Of a stretch of DNA of 27,469 nt, positions 8,745 through 17,561 are shown piece by piece. The notes below the pieces were generated by a model. The model was not told the DNA's origin, made no database searches, and worked only from the letters and a program-made list of their open reading frames with translations. The position numbers were made by a program, and so were the translations under genes. The DNA is from Abditibacteriaceae bacterium (GTDB lineage: Bacteria; Armatimonadota; Abditibacteriia; Abditibacteriales; Abditibacteriaceae): positions 1-27,469 of the forward strand of contig JANPJS010000106.1 of the NCBI GenBank assembly GCA_031425655.1, written 5' to 3'. The first letter of the stretch is position 1. Every line of letters begins with the position of its first letter.

Positions 8745-10016
8745 ATGAAAACACGCATTTTCCCCGCCGTCGCACTCACGCTCGTGCTTACGGGCGCCGC
8801 ATTTTCCCATGCAGCGCAAGCCGCTCCGCTGCCGCCGAACGCCCGCGTCGCCATCATCGGCGATTCGATTACGGAACAAAAGCAATATTCCAAATTTATG
8901 GACGCCTACCTGCTCGCCTGCACGGGCCGCACCGACATCAAATGCTTTCAGTTCGGCTGGAGCGGCGAAACCGCCGGCGGTTTTAAGCAGCGCATGGAAA
9001 ACGACCTTAGCGTGTTTCGTCCCAACGTGGCGACGTTTTGCTACGGCATGAACGACGGTGGTTACCAGCCCTACAACGAAAATATCGGCAAAGGCTATGA
9101 AGCCAATATGCGCGCCGTGCTGCTGAAAGCGAAGGAGATGGGCGTAACGACCATCGTCGCCGGCACGCCCGGAGCGGTAGACACCACATATTTTCGCAGA
9201 GCCACCCCCACGCCCGACCAATACAACGACACGCTGGCGCGTCTTGGCGCCATTGATAAAAAGCTCTCCGAAGAACTCCAAACTGGCTTCGCGGACGTGC
9301 ATGGCGAGATGATCAATGCGATGGCGAAAGCCAAAGCCGTGCTCGGCACCGATTATGATGTCGGTGGCCGCGACGGCGTGCATCCGGGAGCCAACGGCCA
9401 ACTGCTGATGGCGGCGGCGTTTCTTAAAGGCTTAGGCGTGGACGGCAACATCGGCGAAATCAGCGTAGATATAAAAGGTCAGGGCGCTGCGAGCGCGGGC
9501 CACCGCATCACGGGCGCTAACGGCACCGTGGAAGTGGAAAGCACGAAATGGCCATTCTGCTTCGAGGGCGACGCAAAATCCTCCGGCGGCACGCGCAGCA
9601 TTGTTCCCTTCACCGACTTCAACGAAAAACTTAACCGCCTGACGTTGCGGGTGAAAAATCTGGATGCCGCCAAAGCAAAAGTGACGTGGGGCACCGAGAG
9701 CAAAGAGTTCACGAAAGAGCAGCTTACTCAAGGCATCAACCTCGCCGCCGAGTTCACCAAAACGCCGTTCGATGGCGCTTTCAAGACGTTCATGGATGCC
9801 ATCGGGGCCAAGCAGAATTACGAAACGACGATGATTAAAGGCGTCATCACGAACTTCCGTAGCCTCACCAACGATGCCAAAGAAGACGCCGAATTCGCGG
9901 CGGCGCTGAACACCCTGAAGACGAAGATGCTCGCCAAACAAGAAAGTCTCGATGCCGCCGCGCGCAAACTGCTCGTGCCGGTGAAGCATTCGCTCAAAGT
10001 CGAAGCTGCCCAGTAA
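8745..10016 (+). CDS. Secreted SGNH/GDSL hydrolase (esterase) family protein
   Basis: IIGDSIT (block I), GWSGET, YGMNDG and DGVHP catalytic motifs; GAGGA ribosome-binding site at 8732-8736 and a signal peptide after ATG 8745. Confidence 0.88.
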   Translation: MKTRIFPAVALTLVLTGAAFSHAAQAAPLPPNARVAIIGDSITEQKQYSKFMDAYLLACTGRTDIKCFQFGWSGETAGGFKQRMENDLSVFRPNVATFCYGMNDGGYQPYNENIGKGYEANMRAVLLKAKEMGVTTIVAGTPGAVDTTYFRRATPTPDQYNDTLARLGAIDKKLSEELQTGFADVHGEMINAMAKAKAVLGTDYDVGGRDGVHPGANGQLLMAAAFLKGLGVDGNIGEISVDIKGQGAASAGHRITGANGTVEVESTKWPFCFEGDAKSSGGTRSIVPFTDFNEKLNRLTLRVKNLDAAKAKVTWGTESKEFTKEQLTQGINLAAEFTKTPFDGAFKTFMDAIGAKQNYETTMIKGVITNFRSLTNDAKEDAEFAAALNTLKTKMLAKQESLDAAARKLLVPVKHSLKVEAAQ

Positions 10017-10038
10017 AAACTGGCAAACAGGCAAATCC

Positions 10039-13000
10039 ATGAACCTCATACCCAAAACGCCCTTCGTCGCGGCGCTGGGAGCCGCTTTGTCTCTTGCTTC
10101 GCCGTCAAATGCGACAGAAACCGAAAACCACGGCTTGCGCGTTTTGCCCGCGCCCGGCGCGGTGGCGATGGATGGGCAAATCGGCGATTGGGATTTGAGC
10201 GCCGGCATTTTTGCCTGCGGGCAGTTGGAGCAGTTGCGCGAACGCAGCGCGTTGTGGTTTCACGCAATGCACGACAGCGAAAACCTGTATCTGCTGGCGC
10301 GCTGGAAAGATGAAACGCCGCTCAACAACCCGGAATCGCAGGGCGGGCACAGCTTCAACGGCGATTGCCTTCAGTTTCGCTGCATCCTCTTCCCAGACAC
10401 GCCCGACGAAACCGTCACATGGTGGAATGCGTGGCGCGATAACAAAGGAATATCTATCGTGGATCGCAGTTGGCCCGGCAAAACCAACGGCGTAAGCAGC
10501 AATCCCCTGCCCGATTTGGCAAACGCCGTAGGTCAAGGCGTTAAGCAGAGTTTTCGCGTAGATGAAGGCGCAAAAGGCTACGTGCAGGAAATCGCCGTGC
10601 CGTGGAAGATGCTCAGCCTCGCCGGACGCGCGCCCAAAATCGGCGAGCGGTTTCGCTTCACTATCGAGCCGAATTTCACCGCCGGAGCCTACGGGCGCAT
10701 CACGATCAAGGATATTTTCGACGACAAAGTGGCCGCGCCTGACCGCGTCTTTACGTTTCGCGCCTACAAACACTGGGGCTGGGCCACGCTTTCGCCGACC
10801 GGCAAAGCCCTGCCGCAACCGGTGCGAGTGGCCGATGGCCGCACCTTTCCGGTGGCGCTGCCGGGCGGCATTCCGGCAGTGACGTGGAACGGTTTGGAAC
10901 GGCGGTTCGAGTGGCCGGGCTTCAAGCCAATTTCGTTCAATATGCCGTTCGAGGGCACCGTTTCGCTGAATCTGCTCAACGAAAAAGGCAGCGTCGTGCG
11001 CCATCTGCTCAACGAAACCCGGCGTTCGGCGGGGCCGGTGACAGTGCGGTGGGACGGCCTCACCGACGCCACTTATCGCACGCCGGGACATCCTGTAGCG
11101 GCGGGCAATTATACGTGGAAAGCCATCGCGCACCCCGGCGCCACGCTGGCGCTGCGCGGCTACGCCGGGTTCAGCGGCGCCGCACCCTGGCAGGCCACGC
11201 CGCAGGATTTCTGGCTGGGCGATCACGGCGCGCCCAGCGACGCGGAAACCGACGGCACACGCATGTATTTAGCCTGCAACGGCGCTGAAGGCGGGCGCCA
11301 TCTGATCGCTACCGACTTCGACGGCAAGCTGATTTGGAGCCTGCAAAACACTACTGGCGCCGCCGACCCCAACGACATCGCAGTGGACGGCGGCACCATT
11401 TTCGTGCTGCATCCCAAAGCGTCGTGGATGAAAAACACCACGCTAATTAGTCGCGTGGACGCCAAAACCGGCGCCTATCAAAAGTGGCCCGGCCTGAAAA
11501 ATCACATTCTCAGCCCGACGGATGCCTTTGGCGCCGAAGCCGTGAAATCCGGCCTCGACCACCTTGATTCCTTCGACGCGCATGGCGGCCTGATCTACGG
11601 CACCATCGGCGGCACCACCATCTACAACGAGGATATAGATTGGCCGGAGCTGCTGGCCAAAGTGAAGGCCGACACAGCGCTCTCGGCGAAAGTTTTTGCC
11701 GATGTCGCGCCCGAACGTCTTGCCGGCATCGAGCGTTTTTTTGCGAGCCAAGAAAAGAATGCCAACCAGCAGCAGAGCGAGGTCATGAGCCGAATCCGCG
11801 ACAATCTCAACGATTTGTTGCTGACCACAGATATGGCGCCCGGCGTTGCAAAGATGCAAAGTGCGCAACGCGTTCTGGCCAACCGCCGCCTGCTGGAAGA
11901 ACGCCTCGCGCTGCGCCGCGTGGAGCATTGGATCGTGGTGCTGGATGGGCAGAGCGGCGCTCTAAAAAAACGCTGGCCCTTGCCGCTGGCGGGCGCCATC
12001 AAGGTGCGGGACGAGAAAACTGCTTATGTTGTAAGCGGCGACGACGTGCTGGCTCTGAACCTCGAAAGCGGCGCCGCCAAGCCGTTTATCAGCGGACTCA
12101 CCGCGCCGCGTGCGCTGGCGATTGACACGCAGGGCCGCGTCTTAGTGAGTTTGGGCGCCGATCATCAGGTTGCGGTTTTCAGCGCCGCCGGCAAAGAACT
12201 GGGCCGCGTTGGCGTTAAAGGCGGGCGTCAGATTGGCCCGTGGCAGCCGGATCGTATGTTAAATCCGCACGGCATCGCAGTGGATGCGCAGGGCAAGCTG
12301 TGGGTCATGGAAGACGATCATTCGCCCAAGCGTGTGAGCGTCTGGGCGCTGGGGGAATCCGTGAAAACTGCTCCCCTCGTGCGCGAGTTCTTCGGCCCCA
12401 CGCACTACGGCGCATCGGGTGGCGCAATCAATCCACGCGACCCCAACCTGATGATCGGCGAGGGCTGCGAGTGGCGCATTGACCCCAACGGCGGTCAAGC
12501 GGCGTGCGTGGGAACTTTTCATCGCGCGGAGGGCGGCGATTCCGGCATCCATAATTTCGCCACGTTCCGCGAAGGCACCAACGGCAGGCTCTATCTTTTC
12601 ACCAATCAGATGCGCTATGGCACCGGCAGCATTCAAATCTGGGAGCGTCTTGGTGATGCGCGTTACGCGCTGCGGGCCGCACTGCGTAACGATGTCAAAG
12701 GCGCTGACTCGAACAGCGGCGCGACGGAATTGTGGACGGACTTAAACGGCGACGGGCAGGAGCAAGCCGGGGAAATTCAGCGGCGTAGCGGCGCGCTTTA
12801 TTGCGCCGGCAGCAACAGTTGGTCGCTTAACCTCGGCCCCGATTTCACGCTCTACGGCCTTGATGCTCAGGACAAAAAACTGAAAGCACTGACGCTCTCC
12901 AAGTTCGCCGCCAACGGCGCGCCGCAATATGACCTGGCGAACTTGAAAACTCTGCCCAATGCTCTCAGCGACGGCTACGAGCGCAACAACAGTTGCGCTC

Positions 13001-14265
13001 TGCCCGACGCCGACAACCGCAGTATTCTGGTGAATCTGCGCGTGAAAGACCATCCGGCGGGGATGCTGTGGCATTGCTTCGACCTTGCCACCGGCAAACT
13101 GCGCTGGACGTATCCTAACCCATATTTTCAAGTGCATGGCTCGCACAAAGCCCCGGCGCCGGAACCGGGCCTCTTTCGCGGCGCTTACGGCCCGATTGGC
13201 GCCGCAAAGCTGGCCGGCGTCGGCAATTTCTGGACGATCAACGGCAATCTCGGCGAATGGTGGGTGCTGAACTCTGACGGTTTTTACGTCACGCGCCTTT
13301 TCAACGGCAGCCCTTTCGAGTGGAACTGGCCGACCACGCCCGCGCCCAGCACTGACATGACGAACCTGCCGGCGGGCAGCGGCAGCGAGGATTTTGGCGG
13401 CAGCGTAACGCAGGCCAAAGACGGCAAGGTTTATATTCAGTCGGGCAAAGTCGCCAACTGGAACATCGTGCTGAGCGGCTTGGAAAAAACCGTCGCTCTG
13501 CCCGGCGGCGCGCTGACGATCAGCGAAGCTGAAACGCGGCAGGCGTTGGCGCTGCGCGAAAAAGCGATGCAGGCGGCTGCGAATCCAAAACTCACCATCA
13601 AAAAAGCCACCATCACGTTCAGCGGCAACATCAATCAGGATTTTCGCGGTCAAACGAGCGTTTCGTATCAGAAACTTGAGGATGCCGCCGTTACCACCGC
13701 GCTGGCCTATGATGACAGCAAGCTCTACATCGGCTGGCAGGTCAAAGACGCTACACCGTGGGTCAACGGCGCTACTGACATCGCGCAGATGTATGCCACC
13801 GGCGACAGCGTTGATCTTCAACTTGGCACGGATACCGACGCCCGGCGCAGCGCCGCCGCAAAAGGCGATTTACGCCTTTCAATTGGCAATTTACAAGGCA
13901 AGCCGACGGCGGTGCTTTATCGCTTCGTGAGCGAAGAAAAAAAACCGCGTGCCTTCAGTTCGGGCGTCGTTCAGGGCTGGCAGGTGGACTGGGTTGACGT
14001 GCTGGCCGAAGCCGAAATCAAGGTAAAAATCGAAGCCGGTAAAGGCTACGTCGTGGAAGCCGCCGTGCCGTTGGCCGCGCTGGGAGTCAAAGCCGCGCCG
14101 GGTCTGCGGCTGCGCGGCGATGTCGGCGTGACGCACGGCGATTCGGCAGGCGTTCGCACGCGCCTGCGCACCCATTGGGCCAACCAGACGACGGGCCTCG
14201 TGGACGACGTGGTTTTTGAGCTGCAACCCGCTCCGCAAAACTGGGGCGAAATTGCCTTTGAGTAA
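10039..14265 (+). CDS. Very large secreted protein: N-terminal CBM9-like domain, FlgD Ig-like domain, NHL/beta-propeller, C-terminal CBM9-like domain; paralog of 4745-8326
   Basis: 1408-aa ORF with signal peptide; MDGQIGDW..HDSENLYL; VVRHLL..VRWDGL..AGNYTW; NPHGIAVDAQGKLWVME; C-terminal AYDDSKLYIGW..YVVEAAVPL. Confidence 0.75.
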   Translation: MNLIPKTPFVAALGAALSLASPSNATETENHGLRVLPAPGAVAMDGQIGDWDLSAGIFACGQLEQLRERSALWFHAMHDSENLYLLARWKDETPLNNPESQGGHSFNGDCLQFRCILFPDTPDETVTWWNAWRDNKGISIVDRSWPGKTNGVSSNPLPDLANAVGQGVKQSFRVDEGAKGYVQEIAVPWKMLSLAGRAPKIGERFRFTIEPNFTAGAYGRITIKDIFDDKVAAPDRVFTFRAYKHWGWATLSPTGKALPQPVRVADGRTFPVALPGGIPAVTWNGLERRFEWPGFKPISFNMPFEGTVSLNLLNEKGSVVRHLLNETRRSAGPVTVRWDGLTDATYRTPGHPVAAGNYTWKAIAHPGATLALRGYAGFSGAAPWQATPQDFWLGDHGAPSDAETDGTRMYLACNGAEGGRHLIATDFDGKLIWSLQNTTGAADPNDIAVDGGTIFVLHPKASWMKNTTLISRVDAKTGAYQKWPGLKNHILSPTDAFGAEAVKSGLDHLDSFDAHGGLIYGTIGGTTIYNEDIDWPELLAKVKADTALSAKVFADVAPERLAGIERFFASQEKNANQQQSEVMSRIRDNLNDLLLTTDMAPGVAKMQSAQRVLANRRLLEERLALRRVEHWIVVLDGQSGALKKRWPLPLAGAIKVRDEKTAYVVSGDDVLALNLESGAAKPFISGLTAPRALAIDTQGRVLVSLGADHQVAVFSAAGKELGRVGVKGGRQIGPWQPDRMLNPHGIAVDAQGKLWVMEDDHSPKRVSVWALGESVKTAPLVREFFGPTHYGASGGAINPRDPNLMIGEGCEWRIDPNGGQAACVGTFHRAEGGDSGIHNFATFREGTNGRLYLFTNQMRYGTGSIQIWERLGDARYALRAALRNDVKGADSNSGATELWTDLNGDGQEQAGEIQRRSGALYCAGSNSWSLNLGPDFTLYGLDAQDKKLKALTLSKFAANGAPQYDLANLKTLPNALSDGYERNNSCALPDADNRSILVNLRVKDHPAGMLWHCFDLATGKLRWTYPNPYFQVHGSHKAPAPEPGLFRGAYGPIGAAKLAGVGNFWTINGNLGEWWVLNSDGFYVTRLFNGSPFEWNWPTTPAPSTDMTNLPAGSGSEDFGGSVTQAKDGKVYIQSGKVANWNIVLSGLEKTVALPGGALTISEAETRQALALREKAMQAAANPKLTIKKATITFSGNINQDFRGQTSVSYQKLEDAAVTTALAYDDSKLYIGWQVKDATPWVNGATDIAQMYATGDSVDLQLGTDTDARRSAAAKGDLRLSIGNLQGKPTAVLYRFVSEEKKPRAFSSGVVQGWQVDWVDVLAEAEIKVKIEAGKGYVVEAAVPLAALGVKAAPGLRLRGDVGVTHGDSAGVRTRLRTHWANQTTGLVDDVVFELQPAPQNWGEIAFE

Positions 14266-14284
14266 CTCGATGCGCCCTGTCGTT

Positions 14285-14312
14285 AAAAGAGCCGGGAAAT
14301 TCACTTCCCGGC
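14285..14312 (-). terminator. Possible intrinsic terminator between convergent genes
   Basis: GCCGGGAA/TTCCCGGC 8-bp stem (14291-14312) followed on the minus strand by TCTTTT; overlaps the dioxygenase stop codon. Confidence 0.4.
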
Positions 14313-15074
14313 CCAATTCTCAAAGCGAAAGAGCTTGCGGCCCCGTTCGGAAAGGCTGTTGTAAGCCGAAGCAGAAATCTCGATAAGTGGATAATGGGTT
14401 TTCAGCCAGGGGCGCGCATAAATAAGTGCCAAATTCGGGCGCGGTTGGTGGGAGCGGTTGGGCGTGCCTCGGTGCCACATCCGCATATCACGAATCAAGA
14501 GAGAACCTGCGGGCATCAAGCAGAGTTCCGAATGCATGGTCTTCGATAACTCGCGCATATCAACGCCACTTGGCATGAGATGCGTGCCGCCGGGCCAGAT
14601 TTCCATAGGGCCGTTGTCTTCCCGGTGGTCAACCAGAGGAATGTTCAGCACCACGCTATAGGCGGGCAGCGACAGCGGCGCTTCAGGAAACAACAAAGCA
14701 ATGTCGGAATGCACGCTCTGATGCTCTGAGCCGGGAAGGGCCGTATCGGAGGCGAAATAATGGCATACGCAGTCTGGCCCCACAAGTTGGTCAATGACCG
14801 CTAAGGCCAGGGGATTTTCAATGACTGCGGGATCGTTGAAAGGCTCGCGGAATGGCAAGTGCATCTGAAAACGGTTGGCCCCGCGATTGGACTCGCTGCC
14901 TGCTCGATGCTCATTGAAAACGTGCGTGAATTCCGTTTGAAGAGCGGCTAACAAATCGGGCGGCAAAATACTTTCGATCAGGACATAACCGTTCATCTTG
15001 ACCGATTGGACGGCATGACTCAAGGTTTCCGGCTGGAGAGTCCTGCATTGAAATTCTTGTGGAGAAAGTATCAT
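14301..15074 (-). CDS. Phytanoyl-CoA dioxygenase (PhyH) family Fe(II)/2-oxoglutarate oxygenase
   Basis: NGYVLIESIL, Q.VHSD (HxD), NIPLVD..EDNGPMEIWPGGTH, AGSLLIRD.RMWHRGTPN.S..PR; GAGGA upstream of ATG 15074. Confidence 0.88.
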   Translation of the reverse strand: MILSPQEFQCRTLQPETLSHAVQSVKMNGYVLIESILPPDLLAALQTEFTHVFNEHRAGSESNRGANRFQMHLPFREPFNDPAVIENPLALAVIDQLVGPDCVCHYFASDTALPGSEHQSVHSDIALLFPEAPLSLPAYSVVLNIPLVDHREDNGPMEIWPGGTHLMPSGVDMRELSKTMHSELCLMPAGSLLIRDMRMWHRGTPNRSHQPRPNLALIYARPWLKTHYPLIEISASAYNSLSERGRKLFRFENWAGK

Positions 15075-15327
15075 AGTTTGAATATCCTCGAATAAATCCG
15101 TGAAGGCGAGGTCTGGTTTTCTTACCCATAATGGCAAGGCTCTCAGCATCCGCGCATACCGAGCGCTCAAACATGTGCAACTCGCCACCTCGTTGATCTG
15201 ACGACTGTCGAATGTTTGTTATTAAGCGCCAATTCTGGCCTGCCCCTCCGAATATATTTTTGCTCCGGTTAATCTCGGCATCGCCATGAAAATATCTTCT
15301 CGCAACGGTTGCTCCGGCTTCCATCAA

Positions 15328-16650
15328 ATGAAAATCAGTCGCCGCGAGGCGTTGCGCATCGGTTTCTGTGGCGCGCTCGGTTTAAGTATGTCGGACTTGC
15401 TTCGTCACGAAGCGCACGCGGCAACGCTACCCGGCACTTTTAAGGAAGGCAAAGCCAAGAGCGTCATTCATTTGCACCTGCCGGGCGGCATGGCACAACA
15501 GGAGTCGTGGGATCCGAAACCGGAAGCACCATCGGAATATCGCGGCGCGTTCGGCGTGGCGAAAACCAATACCGGCGAGATTTTCAGCGATAATTTTACG
15601 CGCACGGCCAAAGTCGCCGACAAAATAACCGTCGTGCGCTCCGTTGTGGGCAAGATTCCCGACCATTCGCAGGCGACTTATCATCTTTTCACCGGCTATA
15701 CGCCGACGACCGTGATTGATTACCCGCAAATGGGCGCCGTCGTTTCGCACCTGCTGGGCACGCGCAAAGGCTTGCCGCCTTATGTCGCCGTGCCCAACTC
15801 GAATGCCTTCGCGGGCGGCACCGGCTTTCTGAGCAGCAAATACGGCGCGTTTCAACTCAACGCCGACCCCGGAGGGCGCGGCGCGTTCAAAGTGCGCGAC
15901 TTCAACATCCCGGCGGGCGTATCGCCGGAGCAATTCGAGCGGCGCAAAACGGCGCGGGCCATCGTGGAAAATCACCTGCGCCAACTCGACGCGAATACCG
16001 ACACGCTGAACACGATGGACGAATTCCAACGCAGCGCGCATTCCCTTCTGACAAGCGACGAAGCGCGCCGGGCCTTTTCGCTGGAAGGCGAAAGTGACGC
16101 CATGCGCGAGCTTTACGGGCGCGGCTACACGCTCAAACAAAACGCGCCCGCCGCCGTGGGCGAGAGGCTGCTCTTGGCGCGTCGCATGGTGGAAGCCGGC
16201 GTGCGCTTTGTGACTGTGAATTACGGTTCGTGGGATTCGCACGTCGGCATTAAAGATACTTGCAACGAGCATATGCCGGCGCTCGATCACGCGATTAGCG
16301 GTCTGATTACCGACCTCGATCAACGTGGGATGCTCGACAGCACCTTAGTGATGGTCACCACGGAGTTTGGCCGCACGCCAAAAGTCAACAAAGATAATGG
16401 GCGCGATCACTGGGCGCGGGTTTATTCGATGATGTTAGCCGGCGGCGGCATCACGCGCGGCCAGATTTATGGCGCCTCCGACGCCACCTCCGCTGAACCC
16501 GCGAGCGACGCCGTGATGCTGGAAGATTTCCTTTGCACCGTTTATCACCAGCTTGGTATTGACTCCAACGAAGAACTGATGGCCTTTGGCGGCACGCGCC
16601 CGATTGAAATCGTGAAAGACGGCAAAGTTGTCAAAGCGATTGTTGCCTGA
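15328..16650 (+). CDS. DUF1501 domain-containing protein, Tat-exported
   Basis: SRREAL twin-arginine signal; AKSVIHLHLPGGMAQQESWDPKP, LLARRMVEAGVRFV, WDSH, EFGRTPKVN..GRDHW, LAGGGI. Confidence 0.9.
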   Translation: MKISRREALRIGFCGALGLSMSDLLRHEAHAATLPGTFKEGKAKSVIHLHLPGGMAQQESWDPKPEAPSEYRGAFGVAKTNTGEIFSDNFTRTAKVADKITVVRSVVGKIPDHSQATYHLFTGYTPTTVIDYPQMGAVVSHLLGTRKGLPPYVAVPNSNAFAGGTGFLSSKYGAFQLNADPGGRGAFKVRDFNIPAGVSPEQFERRKTARAIVENHLRQLDANTDTLNTMDEFQRSAHSLLTSDEARRAFSLEGESDAMRELYGRGYTLKQNAPAAVGERLLLARRMVEAGVRFVTVNYGSWDSHVGIKDTCNEHMPALDHAISGLITDLDQRGMLDSTLVMVTTEFGRTPKVNKDNGRDHWARVYSMMLAGGGITRGQIYGASDATSAEPASDAVMLEDFLCTVYHQLGIDSNEELMAFGGTRPIEIVKDGKVVKAIVA

Positions 16651-16651
16651 T

Positions 16652-16758
16652 TTTATGGCAAAAAATGGACTGGCAAAAAATAGATTTAGTTGCTAATTTC
16701 TCGAAATCTATTGCCAGTTGCAAAGGCAATAATTTAGAAATCTATTTTTTGCCATAAA
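16652..16758. repeat. Intergenic palindromic element 1 (TGGCAAAAAAT family, long loop)
   Basis: Left arm ATGGCAAAAAATGGACTGGCAAAAAATAGATTT; perfect 17-bp inverted repeat 16671-16687/16738-16754; outer right unit degenerate. Confidence 0.85.
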
Positions 16759-16775
16759 TTATTTACCACCCAATC

Positions 16776-17561
16776 ATGCCCATTCACACGCCGGTAAAGA
16801 CGCGATGTTTGAGCCAAAGTGAATTCGGTGAAATTTCGTTTGAAGTAATGAAGCACATCTTTGCCATTCACGGCGAATTTGGTCGCCTGTTTGATGAGAA
16901 AATCTACAAACGCGAATTGGCTCGGCGAATGCCCGGTGTGCAACTTGAAGTTCCTGTTGATGTGACTTACGACAGTTTCGCCAAACGTTATTTTCTTGAT
17001 GTTCTTATCGGAGAAGGAGGACTTTTCGAGTTCAAGACGGTGGAAACGCTCAATGCTCGTCATCGAGCGCAGTTGGCTCATTACATGATGCTGCTAAAGA
17101 TCAAGCACGCCAAGTTGGTAAACATGAGGCCGGAAAAAGTGGCGCACGACTTTGTGAACTTGTCGCGCACTTTATCGGAGTTGCGCCAACCCCTGATAGA
17201 AAAGCGTGATTGGGATCGGGCAATTCCCGGTGCCTTACAGTTTGAACAAACTCTACTTGCCCTTGTGGCTGACTGGGGAACCGGCCTCGAACTTCCTCTC
17301 TACATTGAGGCGTTGACCCATTTTCTCGGAGGAGAATCCGAGGCCTGTCAAGACGTTTTGGTGCTAAATGGCGACTACGAATTAGGAGTGCAAAACCTAC
17401 GCTTGGCTGCGCCTAACGTGGCATTCAAATTAACGGCACTGTCTAACAATTTCGCAGCCCACCTTGTTCAAACTCGGAAGCTGTTGGCCTACACCAGCCT
17501 CAAAGCCATGCTTTGGGCAAATATCAATCATCAAGATGTTCATTTCACCTGCATTCGTTAA
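16776..17561 (+). CDS. GxxExxY protein (PD-(D/E)XK nuclease superfamily), double-length form
   Basis: IHGEFGRLFDEKIYKRELA, EVPVDVTY, FLDVLI..LFEFKTVE, HRAQLAHY, AKLVN; the second half repeats the pattern (WGTGLELPLYIEAL..LWANI). Confidence 0.8.
   Translation: MPIHTPVKTRCLSQSEFGEISFEVMKHIFAIHGEFGRLFDEKIYKRELARRMPGVQLEVPVDVTYDSFAKRYFLDVLIGEGGLFEFKTVETLNARHRAQLAHYMMLLKIKHAKLVNMRPEKVAHDFVNLSRTLSELRQPLIEKRDWDRAIPGALQFEQTLLALVADWGTGLELPLYIEALTHFLGGESEACQDVLVLNGDYELGVQNLRLAAPNVAFKLTALSNNFAAHLVQTRKLLAYTSLKAMLWANINHQDVHFTCIR

Noticed and set aside
10105..13821. Long antisense ORFs (373 aa, 359 aa) and similar shadow ORFs elsewhere
   Set aside because: They lie opposite well-supported genes in GC-rich DNA and show no recognisable motifs.
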